Below are positions 31,537-41,884 of a stretch of 64,000 nt of DNA, one piece after another. The number at the start of each line of letters is the position of its first letter. The stretch's first letter is position 1. Source of the stretch: an uncultured Chloroflexia bacterium (lineage in GTDB: Bacteria > Chloroflexota > Limnocylindria > Limnocylindrales > CSP1-4). The notes under the pieces are model-generated. The model worked only from the letters and a program-made list of their open reading frames with translations. It was not told the origin of the DNA and did not search any database. A program made the position numbers and the translations under genes. The stretch lies in NCBI GenBank assembly GCA_963763775.1, contig CAVXPZ010000004.1, positions 160,001 to 224,000 on the forward strand. Reading direction: 5' to 3'.

Positions 31537-33892
31537 GCGTCGTTTCGGTGAGGTACCGGTGGCGCTCGACGAGCTCGACCGTCGGGCCGGTGAGGCACAG
31601 CGTCGCAGTCAACGGCAGGTCCACCGACGACGTCCCCACGTGGATCTCGATGCCGCCCGGCTCGATCACGCGGCGGTGATCGGCGCCGACGTAGGCGAAC
31701 TGCTCGGCCGAGAGCGTGAACGACACCGTCCGGCACTCGCCGGGCCGGAGGGACACGCGTCGGAAACCTCGGAGCTCGAGGACGGGTCGCGCGACGGACG
31801 CCTCGACATCGCGGACGTACAGCTGGACGACCTCGTCGCCGGCTCGCTCGCCGGTGTTCTCGACGTCGACGCGGATCGTGACCTCGCCGTCCGATGTCGC
31901 GATCTCGTCGCGGTCAAGGACGAGCCGATCGACCCGGAACGTCGTGTAGGAGCGGCCCAGCCCGAACGGCCAGAGCGGTGTCACCGGCCCGTCGACATAG
32001 TCGCCCTTGGGCTGCGAGTGGCCCCCGGTCGGGTGGTGTCGATACGTGAACGGCACCTGCCCGACGTGGCGCGGCACGGACACGGGCAGTTTGCCGCCGG
32101 GGTTGATGGCCCCGGTGAGCGCGGCGGCGATGGCGTCTGGCCCGGCGTCGCCCGGGACCCAGGCGAGCAGGATCGCGCCACAGTGCCTCGCGGCCCACTC
32201 GATGGCCAGCGGCCGACCGCTGACCACGACCAGCGCGACCGGCGTCCCGGTCCCGACCACGGCTTCGAGCAGCTCCTGCTGCCGACCGAGGAACCCGAGG
32301 CTCCCCCGGTCGCGGAACTCGCCGGTCGTCGAGTCGTCCGTGAGGCCGGAGCGCTCGCCGAGGACCACGATCGCGACGTCCGACGAGCGGGCCAGTTCGA
32401 CGGCGGCCGCGATCTCCTCGTCCGTGCCGCCGCTGATCCCCGTCCCGCGGGCGTGCGAGACCTCGGAGTCGACGAGCGCGGCGCGAAGCGCGTCGAGGAT
32501 GGTGCGGCGTCCGGAGAGCTCGTCGCCGGGCTCGAAGATCACGCCGTCGCCGACGATCCCGAGCGCGTCGACGCCGTTGCGCATCTCGCGGAGCGTCTCC
32601 ATGTGGACGAGATGGCTGTAATCGCCGAGCAGGTCGCGGGCACTGTCGGCGATCGGGCCGATGACCGCGATGCGACGGTGTCCGGCCGCGAGCGGCAGAA
32701 GGCCGTCGTTCTCCACGAGCACGAGTGAGCGCTCGGCGAGCGCCTGGGCGGCCCGCGCCTCGTCGGCGGCGAGATCCTCCAGCGTGACCTCGCCCGGCAG
32801 GTCGATGTACGGCCGTTCGAAGATGCCGAGACGGAACTTCATGCGCAGCACGCGGGCCACGGTCGCGTCGAGCGTCGCCTCGTCGACCCGGCCCTGGTCG
32901 AGGGCCGCCTCGAGCGGCCCGCCGAACGCCACGGTTCGCGGCAACTCCGAGTCGACGCCGGCGACGAGCGCCAGGCGGGCCGCCTCCCCGAGATCCGCGG
33001 TGAGGCGGTGGGCGGTGGCGAGCATCTCGACACCCATGTAGTCCGACGCGACGATGCCGTCGAAGCCCCATTCGCCGCGCAGGATCCCGACCATCAGCTC
33101 GGCCGAGGCGTGGCACGGCACGCCGTCCACGTCGCAGTACGCCGGCATGATGCTGCCGATCCCGGCGTGTCGGACGGCCGCCTCGAACGGGAACAGTTGC
33201 TCGTCACGGAGCTCGCGGGGCCCGATGTGGGCCGGCGCCTGGTTGAGGCCGCCCTCGGCCAGGCCGTGGCCGACCATGTGCTTGCCGGTCGCGAGGACTC
33301 CCTCGGTGAGGTCGGGGCCCTGGAGCGCCTCGATGTAGGCGATGCCGAGTTCGGCCGCGAGGTACGGGTCCTCGCCGTACGTCTCCTCGATGCGGCCCCA
33401 GCGCGGGTCGCGCGCGATGTCGAGGACGGGCGAGAGCGCGTGACGGGCACCGGTCGCCAGCATCCGACGGCGGATCGTCGCGGCCATCGCCGAGACGACC
33501 TCGGGGTCGAAGCTCGCCGCCGCCCCGATCGATTGCTGGAAACACGGTGCGGCCCAGGCGATGAGGCCGTGCAGGCACTCCTCGTGGATGATCGCCGGGA
33601 TCCCGAGCCGGGTCTCCTCGACGAGGTAGTCCTGGATGAGGTTGGCGGTCTGCGCCACCTCGACCGGCCGCAGGTTGGTCGAGCCGGCCAGTCGCGTGAT
33701 CTGCCCGACGCCGTTCGCCGCCAGCTCGGCCAGACGGCCCGCATCGAAGCCGGCCTCGCGGACGACCTCGAACGCCCAGAACGAGCCGAGCTGGGCGACC
33801 TTCTCCGCGCGGGTCATGCGCGCCAGGAGGTCGGCCACGCGGGCGTCGATCGGCAGCGACGGATCCCGATAGCGCGGCGCCGTGGTCGTCAT
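31529..33892 (-). CDS. GH3 beta-xylosidase/beta-glucosidase with Fn3-like C-terminus (BxlA-like)
   Basis: HEECLHG, RDPRWGRIEETYGEDP, KHMVG, nucleophile ASDY, NPGGKLP, PFGLGRSYT, EVVQLY. Confidence 0.92.
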   Translation of the reverse strand: MTTTAPRYRDPSLPIDARVADLLARMTRAEKVAQLGSFWAFEVVREAGFDAGRLAELAANGVGQITRLAGSTNLRPVEVAQTANLIQDYLVEETRLGIPAIIHEECLHGLIAWAAPCFQQSIGAAASFDPEVVSAMAATIRRRMLATGARHALSPVLDIARDPRWGRIEETYGEDPYLAAELGIAYIEALQGPDLTEGVLATGKHMVGHGLAEGGLNQAPAHIGPRELRDEQLFPFEAAVRHAGIGSIMPAYCDVDGVPCHASAELMVGILRGEWGFDGIVASDYMGVEMLATAHRLTADLGEAARLALVAGVDSELPRTVAFGGPLEAALDQGRVDEATLDATVARVLRMKFRLGIFERPYIDLPGEVTLEDLAADEARAAQALAERSLVLVENDGLLPLAAGHRRIAVIGPIADSARDLLGDYSHLVHMETLREMRNGVDALGIVGDGVIFEPGDELSGRRTILDALRAALVDSEVSHARGTGISGGTDEEIAAAVELARSSDVAIVVLGERSGLTDDSTTGEFRDRGSLGFLGRQQELLEAVVGTGTPVALVVVSGRPLAIEWAARHCGAILLAWVPGDAGPDAIAAALTGAINPGGKLPVSVPRHVGQVPFTYRHHPTGGHSQPKGDYVDGPVTPLWPFGLGRSYTTFRVDRLVLDRDEIATSDGEVTIRVDVENTGERAGDEVVQLYVRDVEASVARPVLELRGFRRVSLRPGECRTVSFTLSAEQFAYVGADHRRVIEPGGIEIHVGTSSVDLPLTATLCLTGPTVELVERHRYLTETTLG

Positions 33893-34809
33893 CAGCCCTT
33901 CACCGCCCCGCCGGTCAGCCCGCCCACGATGTGGCGCTCGGCGACCATGTAGAAGATCAGCGCCGGGATGATCGCGACGACCGTGAACGCCAGGGTGCGG
34001 GCCGCATCCGAGCTGTACTCGGTGGAGAAGTTCATGACCCCGAGCGGCAGCGTCCATTGGGTCGCGTCGTTGAGGATGACCAACGGCAGGATGAACGCAT
34101 TCCAGGTCGTGACGATAGCCAGGACGCTCACGGTCGCGAGGGCCGGCCGGGACAGCGGCAGCAGGACTCGCCAGAAGAACGCGAACGGGCCACACCCGTC
34201 GATCCGAGCGGCATCTTCGAGCTCGACCGGGATGCTCCGGAAGAACGGCCGCAGGATCACGATCGTGAGGGGCAGGCCGAACGCGGCCTGTGGCAGCGCG
34301 ACGCCCAGAAGGTTGCCGGACAGTCCGATCTGCCGGATGAGGATGTACAGCGGCAGGATCGCGACGGCCGTCGGGAAGAGGAGGCCGAAGACGAACAGGG
34401 TGTACATCGCTTCGCGGCCACGGAACCGCATCCGCGCGAAGATGAATGCGGCCAGCGAGCCACACCCGACGGTCAGGCCGACCGCGATGATCGCGAGGAT
34501 CACGCTGTTGAACAGCTCCCGCCAGAACACCGGGGCGTTCTGGCCGACGAGGACGTCCGTGTAGTTGGTGAAGACCCACGGGTCTGGGATCAGCGCCACT
34601 GGGTTCGCCGCGAGCTGGCCGTTCGTCTTGAAGCCGCCGAGGACGGCATAGACGATCGGGATGAGGATGGCCGCCGCGACGATCATCAAGATCGCGTACA
34701 CGACGACGCTGAAGACCGGACGGCGCCGCTCGCGGGGCCGGCTGACCGCGATGGTCGCGGTCTCGGTCGGCACACCGCCGGGGAGTCCGGTCGAGGCTCG
34801 CGTCGTCAT
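33892..34809 (-). CDS. Carbohydrate ABC transporter permease (CUT1, MalG-like)
   Basis: EAA motif ELEDAARIDG, WNAFILPL, GLTGGAVKG. Confidence 0.92.
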   Translation of the reverse strand: MTTRASTGLPGGVPTETATIAVSRPRERRRPVFSVVVYAILMIVAAAILIPIVYAVLGGFKTNGQLAANPVALIPDPWVFTNYTDVLVGQNAPVFWRELFNSVILAIIAVGLTVGCGSLAAFIFARMRFRGREAMYTLFVFGLLFPTAVAILPLYILIRQIGLSGNLLGVALPQAAFGLPLTIVILRPFFRSIPVELEDAARIDGCGPFAFFWRVLLPLSRPALATVSVLAIVTTWNAFILPLVILNDATQWTLPLGVMNFSTEYSSDAARTLAFTVVAIIPALIFYMVAERHIVGGLTGGAVKG

Positions 34810-34813
34810 CGCA

Positions 34814-35749
34814 TCACGCGTTGTAGGCGGTCACGGCGCCGTCGACGTCGCGCCGCAGCACATATCGCTGATACAGGAGCGCAACGACGAGGGCGCAGAG
34901 GAACAGGAGCACAGCCAAGGCGCTGCCGTACCCCATCTGCTGCCTCGTGAACCCGGTCTTGAACATGTTGACGGCCATCGTGGTCGAGGCGTTGATCGGC
35001 CCGCCGCCAGTCATGACCCAGACCATGTCGAAGAGCTGGAGGGCGCCGATCATCGAGAGGAAGACCGAGACGCGCAACGTCGGCCCGAGGAGCGGAAGGG
35101 TCACGTAGCGGAACGCCTGCCACCGGCCGGCGCCGTCGATGAGGGCCGCCTCCTCGATCTCGTGCGGGATGCCCTGGAGGCCGGCGAGGCACAGGATCAT
35201 GTGGAACCCGAAGTACTTCCAGGAGATGATCACGAAGAGGGTGACCATCACGATGTCGGTGCTGCCCAGCCAGTCCTGGATGATCCCCTCGAGACCCACG
35301 GTCTTGAGCGTGGAGTCGAACAACGCGTCCGGCTGAAGCAGCAGGCTGAAGACGATGCCGGTGATCGCTTCGGACAGGACGTAGGGGACGAAGAACAGGA
35401 GCCGGAAGATCGCCCGGCCCGGGAAGCGCCGGTTGAGCAGGACGGCGAGCCCCAGCGAGAACGGGATCTGGAGGAGGAGGGACAGGACGATGATCAACAC
35501 GTTGTTGCTCACCGCCTGCCAGAACACGTCGCTCGCCAGGGCCACCTGATAATTCTTGAGACCGATGAAGTCGTCGAGCGGACCCAGCCCATTCCACTTG
35601 TACAGGCTGAAATGGGCCGCCTGGATGATCGGGAGGATGACGAAGACGACGTAGAGGACCAGGGCGGGGAGCAGGAACAGGGCGATGGTCAGCCACTTCC
35701 CGGATAGCCGCGGACCCGATCGGGTCCCAGGGCTGTCGGCCCGCATCAC
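34814..35749 (-). CDS. Carbohydrate ABC transporter permease (CUT1, MalF-like)
   Basis: FIGLKNY, EEAALIDGA, MTGGGP, GYGSA. Confidence 0.92.
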   Translation of the reverse strand: MMRADSPGTRSGPRLSGKWLTIALFLLPALVLYVVFVILPIIQAAHFSLYKWNGLGPLDDFIGLKNYQVALASDVFWQAVSNNVLIIVLSLLLQIPFSLGLAVLLNRRFPGRAIFRLLFFVPYVLSEAITGIVFSLLLQPDALFDSTLKTVGLEGIIQDWLGSTDIVMVTLFVIISWKYFGFHMILCLAGLQGIPHEIEEAALIDGAGRWQAFRYVTLPLLGPTLRVSVFLSMIGALQLFDMVWVMTGGGPINASTTMAVNMFKTGFTRQQMGYGSALAVLLFLCALVVALLYQRYVLRRDVDGAVTAYNA

Positions 35750-35773
35750 GATCTTGCGTCCCCTCCTGAGAAA

Positions 35774-35800
35774 GGGCGGGCCGGCTGCGCCGGCCCGCCC
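35774..35800. terminator. GC-rich hairpin downstream of SBP gene
   Basis: GGGCGGGCCGGC-TGC-GCCGGCCCGCCC followed by TTT on the minus strand. Confidence 0.55.
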
Positions 35801-35844
35801 CCGTCTGTACCGAGTCTACGAGTGACCCACTCGTGGGGGACGCC

Positions 35845-37191
35845 TTACTGCGTGGCAGCCGCGTCGGTGAGGGCCTGGCAGGCCTTCTCGGGGGTGGACT
35901 TGCCGAGGAACAGCGCCACCGTGGCGTCGTTGAAGGTCGCCGCCAGGTTCCCGTTGGTCGCCTGGTCGAGGTAGAGCTGCATGAAGGTGGCCGCGCCGCG
36001 ACCGGCGAGGACGGCCTGCAGGTTCGGGTCCGTGACGGTGCTCTCGGTCCCGACGGTCGTCGAGAGGCCGATGCCGTCCGTGTTGAGCTTGTCCTGGTTG
36101 GTCTTGTCCATGAAGAACTTCAGGAAGTCGATGGCCTCGGGCGGCGCGTTCTTGCCGACCGCGATCCCGTTGCCACCGCCGATGCCGTCGGTCGCGGCAC
36201 CCGCACCACCGGTCACGACCGGGAACGCGAACCAACCGAGCTTGTCGCCGAGGCCCTTCTTGTCAGCGCTCTGGTCCTTCTGGACCGACGGCGCCCACTG
36301 GCCCATCAGCTCCATGGCGGCCTTGCCGTTGCCGACGGACGCAGCCTCGCTGTTGTAGTCCGCTGCCGCATAGCCCTTCTGGTACGGGTCGAGCGCGTTG
36401 AGCGCCAGCACGGCCTTGCCGGCGGCGATGCAGGCGTCGGTGTTCCAGTTGCCGGTCTGGATCATCTGGCTGAGGGCTTCGCCACCACCGTTGCGGAGCA
36501 GCAGATACGACCACAGGTGCATGGATGGCCACTTGTCCTTGCCCGCGATCGCGAGTGGGGCAACGCCGGATGCCTTGAGCTTGGTGACGGCCGCGAGGTA
36601 CTCGTCCCACGTCGTGGGCGGGGTGGTGATCCCGGCCTTCGCGAAGAGGTCCTTGTTGTACCAGAAGCCGATCATCCCCATGTCCCACGGGATCCCGTAC
36701 TGGGCGCCCTTGTACTGGTAGATGCTCATGGCACCGGGGTTGACGGTGTCCTTCCAATCGGCGACCGCGCCGGTGATGTCCTGGAGCAGCCCGGCGTCCG
36801 CCTGGGCCGCCATCGTGCCGCCGCCCCACGACTGGAACAGGTCCGGATACGCGTCCGGAGGCGTGGCGGCGAGCTTGGTCTTGAATGCCTCGTTCTCGAG
36901 GACCGTGACGTTGATCTTCACGTTCGGATGCGCGGCCGTATACGCGTCCACGATGGCCTGGAAGTCGCTCTTGCCGGGCTCACCGGTCGTGATATGCCAC
37001 CAGTCGACGGTGACCGGCTCGGCCGCAGCCGAGGCCTCTGCCGACGGAGCGGCGGCGGACGGTGCCGCGGCCGACGGGGCGGCGGCGGACGGGGCGGCGG
37101 ACGGTGCCGTGCTCCCGCCACTACTGCTACAGGCGGAGATGACCATGGCCAGCACGGCCAGGATCACCAAGGGACGCCAGCGGATCGACAC
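35845..37191 (-). CDS. Oligosaccharide-binding lipoprotein (BxlE-like)
   Basis: Lipobox ISAC, PSAAA repeats, PDLFQSWGG, FWYNKDLF, AAMELMGQW; RBS GAGGAGG. Confidence 0.9.
   Translation of the reverse strand: MSIRWRPLVILAVLAMVISACSSSGGSTAPSAAPSAAAPSAAAPSAAAPSAEASAAAEPVTVDWWHITTGEPGKSDFQAIVDAYTAAHPNVKINVTVLENEAFKTKLAATPPDAYPDLFQSWGGGTMAAQADAGLLQDITGAVADWKDTVNPGAMSIYQYKGAQYGIPWDMGMIGFWYNKDLFAKAGITTPPTTWDEYLAAVTKLKASGVAPLAIAGKDKWPSMHLWSYLLLRNGGGEALSQMIQTGNWNTDACIAAGKAVLALNALDPYQKGYAAADYNSEAASVGNGKAAMELMGQWAPSVQKDQSADKKGLGDKLGWFAFPVVTGGAGAATDGIGGGNGIAVGKNAPPEAIDFLKFFMDKTNQDKLNTDGIGLSTTVGTESTVTDPNLQAVLAGRGAATFMQLYLDQATNGNLAATFNDATVALFLGKSTPEKACQALTDAAATQ
37021..37110 (-). repeat. Tandem repeat encoding (PSAA/PSAAA)n linker
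   Basis: TAPSAAPSAAAPSAAAPSAAAPSAEASAAA. Confidence 0.8.
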
Positions 37192-37312
37192 GATTCGACC
37201 TCCTCCTACTCGCGAACTACGGTTGGTTTCGACGTGGCGCGGTCAATGCTCTCGTCCGGGCTCGTCCCTGGTCCTCGAGTCCGGTCCGCATGGGCAACTC
37301 CTCCTGCTTGCC

Positions 37313-37472
37313 CGAAAGTTTCGACCGTGTGTGCGATTGGTTTCGCGATGGAACCATACGGAGGATGGGACGGGGCGTCAAGAGCGTTCTGTCGGTTGCA
37401 GTCCGGCAACGTTCGAGGCCCGGTGCGGGACGGATCGTCGAAATCACCGTGCGCGAGCGTCGAAAGTTTCGA
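37313..37472. promoter_or_regulatory. Two LacI-type operators CGAAAGTTTCG
   Basis: Identical 11-mers at 37313-37323 and 37461-37471; the second abuts the TATACT -10 of the lacI-type gene. Confidence 0.75.
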
Positions 37473-37485
37473 TATACTCCGCCGC

Positions 37486-38526
37486 ATGGCCGCTCCCGCC
37501 GTCGGACCCAGGTCCCGACGCCCTCGACGAACCACGACGATCGCCCAGATCGCCGAACAGGCCGGCGTTTCCGTGCCGACCGTGTCGAAGGTGATCAACG
37601 GCCGTGCGGACGTCGCCCCCGAGACCCGCCGGCGCGTCGAGTCGGCGATCCGCGACGCCGGCTATCAGCGCCCGCCGAGCACCGCCCGTCGCTCGCCGCT
37701 GCTCGAAGTCATCTTCCACGAGCTCGAGAGCGAGTGGGCCCTCGAGATCGTGCGCGGCGTGGAACGCGTCGCCGGCCAGCACGACCTGGCGGTCGTCCTC
37801 TCGGAGATGCAGGGCCGGCGGACTCCCGGCCGTGGCTGGATCGAGGGGGTCCTCGCGCGGCGACCGGCCGGCGTCATCGCCGTCTTCTCCGATCTCTCCG
37901 ACACGTTGCGCGAGCAGCTTCGCTCCCGCGGCATCCCGCTGGTGGTGGTCGACCCGACCGGCGAGCCCCTGCACGACACGCCGTCCGTCGGGGCGACCAA
38001 CTGGAACGGCGGGCTCACCGCGACCCGCCACCTGCTCGGGCTCGGACATCGGCGCATCGGGGTCATCGGCGGTCCGGACTGGATCCTGTGCAGCCGGGCG
38101 AGGCTCGACGGCTACCGGGCGGCGATGGACGAGGCGGGCGTGCCCGTCGATCCGAAGCTGGTCAGCCACGGCCAGTTCCATGTGCGCGAGGGTATCGAGA
38201 AAGGCCGCGCCCTCCTGCGCCGGCCCGACCGGCCGACCGCGATCTTCGCCGGCAACGACCTCCAGGCCCTCGGTGTCTACCAGGCGGCCCGCGAGCTGCG
38301 GCTCCACATCCCGGAGGACCTCAGCGTCGTCGGGTTCGACGACCTGCCGGTCGCGCGCTGGGTCGGACCGCCGTTGACCACGATCCGCCAGCCGCTCATC
38401 GACATGGCGGTCGCGGCGGCCGAACTGGTGCTGCGGATGGCCGACGGCGAGTCGCCGGCCCAGCCGCGCGTCGAGCTCGCGACCGAGCTCGTCATCCGGG
38501 AGTCGACCGCGCCGCCCCGCAGCTAG
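37486..38526 (+). CDS. LacI family transcriptional regulator (BxlR-like)
   Basis: TIAQIAEQAGVSVPTVSKVING, NDLQALG, IPEDLSVVGFDD, LTTIRQP. Confidence 0.93.
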   Translation: MAAPAVGPRSRRPRRTTTIAQIAEQAGVSVPTVSKVINGRADVAPETRRRVESAIRDAGYQRPPSTARRSPLLEVIFHELESEWALEIVRGVERVAGQHDLAVVLSEMQGRRTPGRGWIEGVLARRPAGVIAVFSDLSDTLREQLRSRGIPLVVVDPTGEPLHDTPSVGATNWNGGLTATRHLLGLGHRRIGVIGGPDWILCSRARLDGYRAAMDEAGVPVDPKLVSHGQFHVREGIEKGRALLRRPDRPTAIFAGNDLQALGVYQAARELRLHIPEDLSVVGFDDLPVARWVGPPLTTIRQPLIDMAVAAAELVLRMADGESPAQPRVELATELVIRESTAPPRS

Positions 38527-39822
38527 GCCGGCCGGGCGTCGAACCCGACCGTTCGCTCGGCCCAGGCCGCGGCGCCGAGCAGCCGGTCCTGCCGGGCCGG
38601 GCCTGCGACGAGCTGGATCGCGAGCGGCAGGCCCGTCCCGTCGAGTCCCGTCGGGATGGCGATCGCCGGCACGCCGATGAAGCTCCACGGCGCGCACAGC
38701 GTGAAGTCGCCGGTCCCCTCCCGACGGAGCGGTGCCGGTCCGGGAGCGACGGGCGCGAGGAGGGCGTCGACCGCGTCGAGCACCGGCACGACATCCGCGC
38801 GGAACCGCGACGTCGCCTCGCGCGCGCGCGCCAGCTCGTCGTCCCGCCGAGCCAGGCCCGCCCGGACGAGACCGGCGATGCCCGGCGGGTACTCGTCCGC
38901 ATGCCGCGCGAACATCGCACGCGTGGACCGCGGCCGCCTCCGCCTCGAGGATGACCCGGCCCGCGTCGAGGATGCCGTCGTACGACGGCGGCAGGGTCAC
39001 CTCGACGATGCTCGCCCCGGCGTCGGCGAAGTGCGCGACGGTCGCCTCGAGATGCCGACGGAGCTCGGGTTCCGCCAGGTCGAGCAGGACGCGCACGACC
39101 CCCAGCCGCGGCCGGTCGAGGACGGTCCCCCCGAGCGCGGCACCGGTGAGGACGGCGTCGAGCAAGGCGGCGTCCGCGACGGATCGGGCCATCGGCCCGG
39201 CGTGGTCGAGCGACGGCGCGAGCGGTGCGACGCCGTCGAGCGGGACCGCGCCGTACGGGCCCTTGAGCCCGACGATGCCGCAGTACGCCGAGGGCCGAAG
39301 GATCGACCCCACCGTCTGCGTCCCGATCGCGGCGGGCACCTGGCGGGCTGCCACGGCGGCGGCGGACCCGGACGACGAGCCGCCGGGCGTGTGGGCCGCC
39401 GACCACGGGTTCATCGTCGGGGCCGGGTCCTTGAACGCGAACGCCGTCGCCACGGTCTTCCCGAGGATGACGGCGCCCGCCTCGCGCAGCCGCGCGACCA
39501 GGGCGGCATCCCGCACCGGGAAGGTGTGCGCGAACGCCGGGGCACCCGAGCGCGTCGGCAGCCCGGCGACATCGATGATGTCCTTGACCCCGATCGGGAC
39601 GCCGTGCAGGAGCCCGATCGGCCGCCCGGCCGCGATGTCGGCGTCCCGTGCCGCGGCCGCGGCCAGCGCGCCGTCGCGGTCGACCGTGACCCACGCCTCG
39701 AGCGCCGCGTCGGTCGCGTCGATGCGCTCGATCGATGCGGCGACGAGCTCGACCGAGGAGACCGCGCCGGTCCGGACCGCGACGGCCGCCGCCTCCACCC
39801 CGAGGTCGGTGAGGCCGGTCAA
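38523..39822 (-). CDS. Amidase signature family protein; frameshift near 38920
   Basis: LHGVPIGVKD, PGGSSSGS, IGTQTVGSILRPS, GLPLAIQL; TTG start. Confidence 0.88.
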
Positions 39823-40913
39823 TGCCCCCGGCCGAGGACGAGGTCCCGTCCAGCCACGAGCGCGCGCAGCTTCGCGGTCGTCGCCCAGCGGGCCGTCTGG
39901 CTGAACCCGCAGTCCGGCACGAGGACCAGCCGCTCGGGCGACACACCGGTGGCCAGGACCAGGTCGATGCGCTCGGCGACGTCGTCGGCCGTCTCGAGGT
40001 AGGAGTTCTTCACGTCGATGATGCCCGCGGCCACGTCGCGTCCCGCCGACGCGATCTCGGCGAGGATCCCCACCTCGGCCATCTCGCGGTTCGCGAACTC
40101 GAGGACCAGCTCGTCCACGCGGAATCCGAGCATCGCGTCCAGGACCGGCCGATACGTCCGCTTCGCCAGCGGCCGGCCGAGGTAGTTCCCGAAGCAGAGA
40201 TGGGCGCCGAGCCGGACGCGCCCGACCACCGACTCGACGGCGGCGTTGAAGAGACCGGCGAAGTCCGATGGCGCTTCCGGGTGGATCGCGGGCGACGGAT
40301 CGTCGATCTGGATGAAGGTCGCGCCGGCGGCGACGAGACCCTCGAGCTCGGCGCGCAGGATCGGCACGAACGCCTCGGCCACCTCGTTCCGATGCTTGTA
40401 GACCTGCCCTGGCCCGTAGGTCAGGCGGCCCGACAGCGTGTACGGACCGGGGAGGGTCACCTTGAGCGGCCGGGCGGTGCGCGTCGCCGCGTACCGGTAC
40501 TCCGCGACGACACCGAGGCCGTCCGGCGCGGCGATCGCCTCGACGACCTCGAACCGATGCTGCTGATCGTGGCCGCCGGCCCCGAGCTGCCGCGCCGGCG
40601 GCAGCGGCCGGACGCCGCTGAGGTGCTGGTAGAACTCGGCCGTGAAGAATCCGGCGCGGCGCATCTCGCCGTCGCTCACCACGTCGATGCCGGCCGCCTC
40701 CTGGTCGCGCAGCGCGAGGTCGACAGCGTCGTCCAGCATCTCCGACAGGTCGGCCGGTCCGAACTCGCCTCGCTGGGCGGCGTCGATCCCCGAGACGAAC
40801 CACGACGGCCGCGCATGGGATCCGACGACACTCGTGAGGAGTCCGCCCGGTCGGGCCGACGGCGAGATGGGTCCGGAGGGACCGGCCGTCGGCACCGCGT
40901 CGGAGGTCGGCAT
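39819..40913 (-). CDS. Single-barrel cobalamin-independent methionine synthase-like (MetE C-terminal domain) Zn-thiol alkyltransferase
   Basis: TSVVGS, QEAAGIDVVSDGEMRR, KVTLPGPYTL, IQIDDP, putative Zn ligands HLC...LEF...PDCG. It lacks the N-terminal folate barrel. Confidence 0.85.
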   Translation of the reverse strand: MPTSDAVPTAGPSGPISPSARPGGLLTSVVGSHARPSWFVSGIDAAQRGEFGPADLSEMLDDAVDLALRDQEAAGIDVVSDGEMRRAGFFTAEFYQHLSGVRPLPPARQLGAGGHDQQHRFEVVEAIAAPDGLGVVAEYRYAATRTARPLKVTLPGPYTLSGRLTYGPGQVYKHRNEVAEAFVPILRAELEGLVAAGATFIQIDDPSPAIHPEAPSDFAGLFNAAVESVVGRVRLGAHLCFGNYLGRPLAKRTYRPVLDAMLGFRVDELVLEFANREMAEVGILAEIASAGRDVAAGIIDVKNSYLETADDVAERIDLVLATGVSPERLVLVPDCGFSQTARWATTAKLRALVAGRDLVLGRGH

Positions 40914-41884
40914 CAGCCAGCTCCGACCGGGTCGTCGGCGAACGCGAACGCCCGCGCGGGGTTGGCCACGAACAGCCGCTGGCGGGTCGCCGGGTCGATC
41001 CCGCGCGCGCCCATCGCCCGGGTGAACCCGTCGAGCAGCCAGCTCAGGCCGGGCTGCCCGCCGTAGACCGAGTAGTAGCCCTGCCGTGCGGCGTCCATGC
41101 CGAGCAGGATGCCATCGATGAGGTCGTCCTCGAGCGCCCAGCTGAGCAGCGTGAGCGTCCCGTTGTCGCGGTCGCCCCAGCGGAAGGAGCCGTCGTACTC
41201 GGCGAACGCCCCGGTCCCCAGCAGCTCGCGGTGATAGGCGCGGTCGACGACCTTGTCGACGTGGCTCAGGACCACGTGCGACGCCGGGACGCCGAGGTCG
41301 CCGAGCACGCGTACCTGGTTGAGCGCTCCCGTGCCGCCTTCGCAGTGGGTCAGGATCGGCGCACCCGTCCACCGGTGCGCCATCGCGGCGGCCTCGAAGA
41401 TGCGCAGGTCGCGCGCCGACGGACCGTTGTCGCTCCCGGCGATCTTGATGACCCCGGCGCGGTGCTCGGTCCGGCGGATCGTCGGGCCGGCGTAGTCGTT
41501 GGCGTCGATGCCGTCCGTGATGTCGAGGGCGAACCGGTCCGCCACCTCGCCCACGGACAGGCGGGCGCTCCAGTGGTCGGGGCCGTAGTAGCGGTCGTGG
41601 TGGAGCCCGGTCGGGCCGACGATGTTGATGCCGGTCCGGCGACTGAGATCGGCGAGTTTCAGGACGTTCCGGCCACAGTCGCAGGGCATCGCGTCCACGA
41701 CGGAGCGCAGGCCCAGGGCGGTCGCGCCCGCCACTTCGACCGCCATCTTGTCGACGTCGCCCAGGTCGAAGTCGGCATGCATCTCCACCGGCCGGCCGCC
41801 ATCGATGACGAGGTGCTCGTGCGCGTACGTGACGCCCAGCTCGGCCGGGTCGATGTCGCCGAGCACGGTCCGGACGAAGCTCAT
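40913..41884 (-). CDS. Phosphotriesterase-like amidohydrolase (PTE/PHP/lactonase family)
   Basis: VRTVLG, TYAHEHL, GVIK, ILTHC, VLSHVD, LLGMD. Confidence 0.9.
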   Translation of the reverse strand: MSFVRTVLGDIDPAELGVTYAHEHLVIDGGRPVEMHADFDLGDVDKMAVEVAGATALGLRSVVDAMPCDCGRNVLKLADLSRRTGINIVGPTGLHHDRYYGPDHWSARLSVGEVADRFALDITDGIDANDYAGPTIRRTEHRAGVIKIAGSDNGPSARDLRIFEAAAMAHRWTGAPILTHCEGGTGALNQVRVLGDLGVPASHVVLSHVDKVVDRAYHRELLGTGAFAEYDGSFRWGDRDNGTLTLLSWALEDDLIDGILLGMDAARQGYYSVYGGQPGLSWLLDGFTRAMGARGIDPATRQRLFVANPARAFAFADDPVGAG

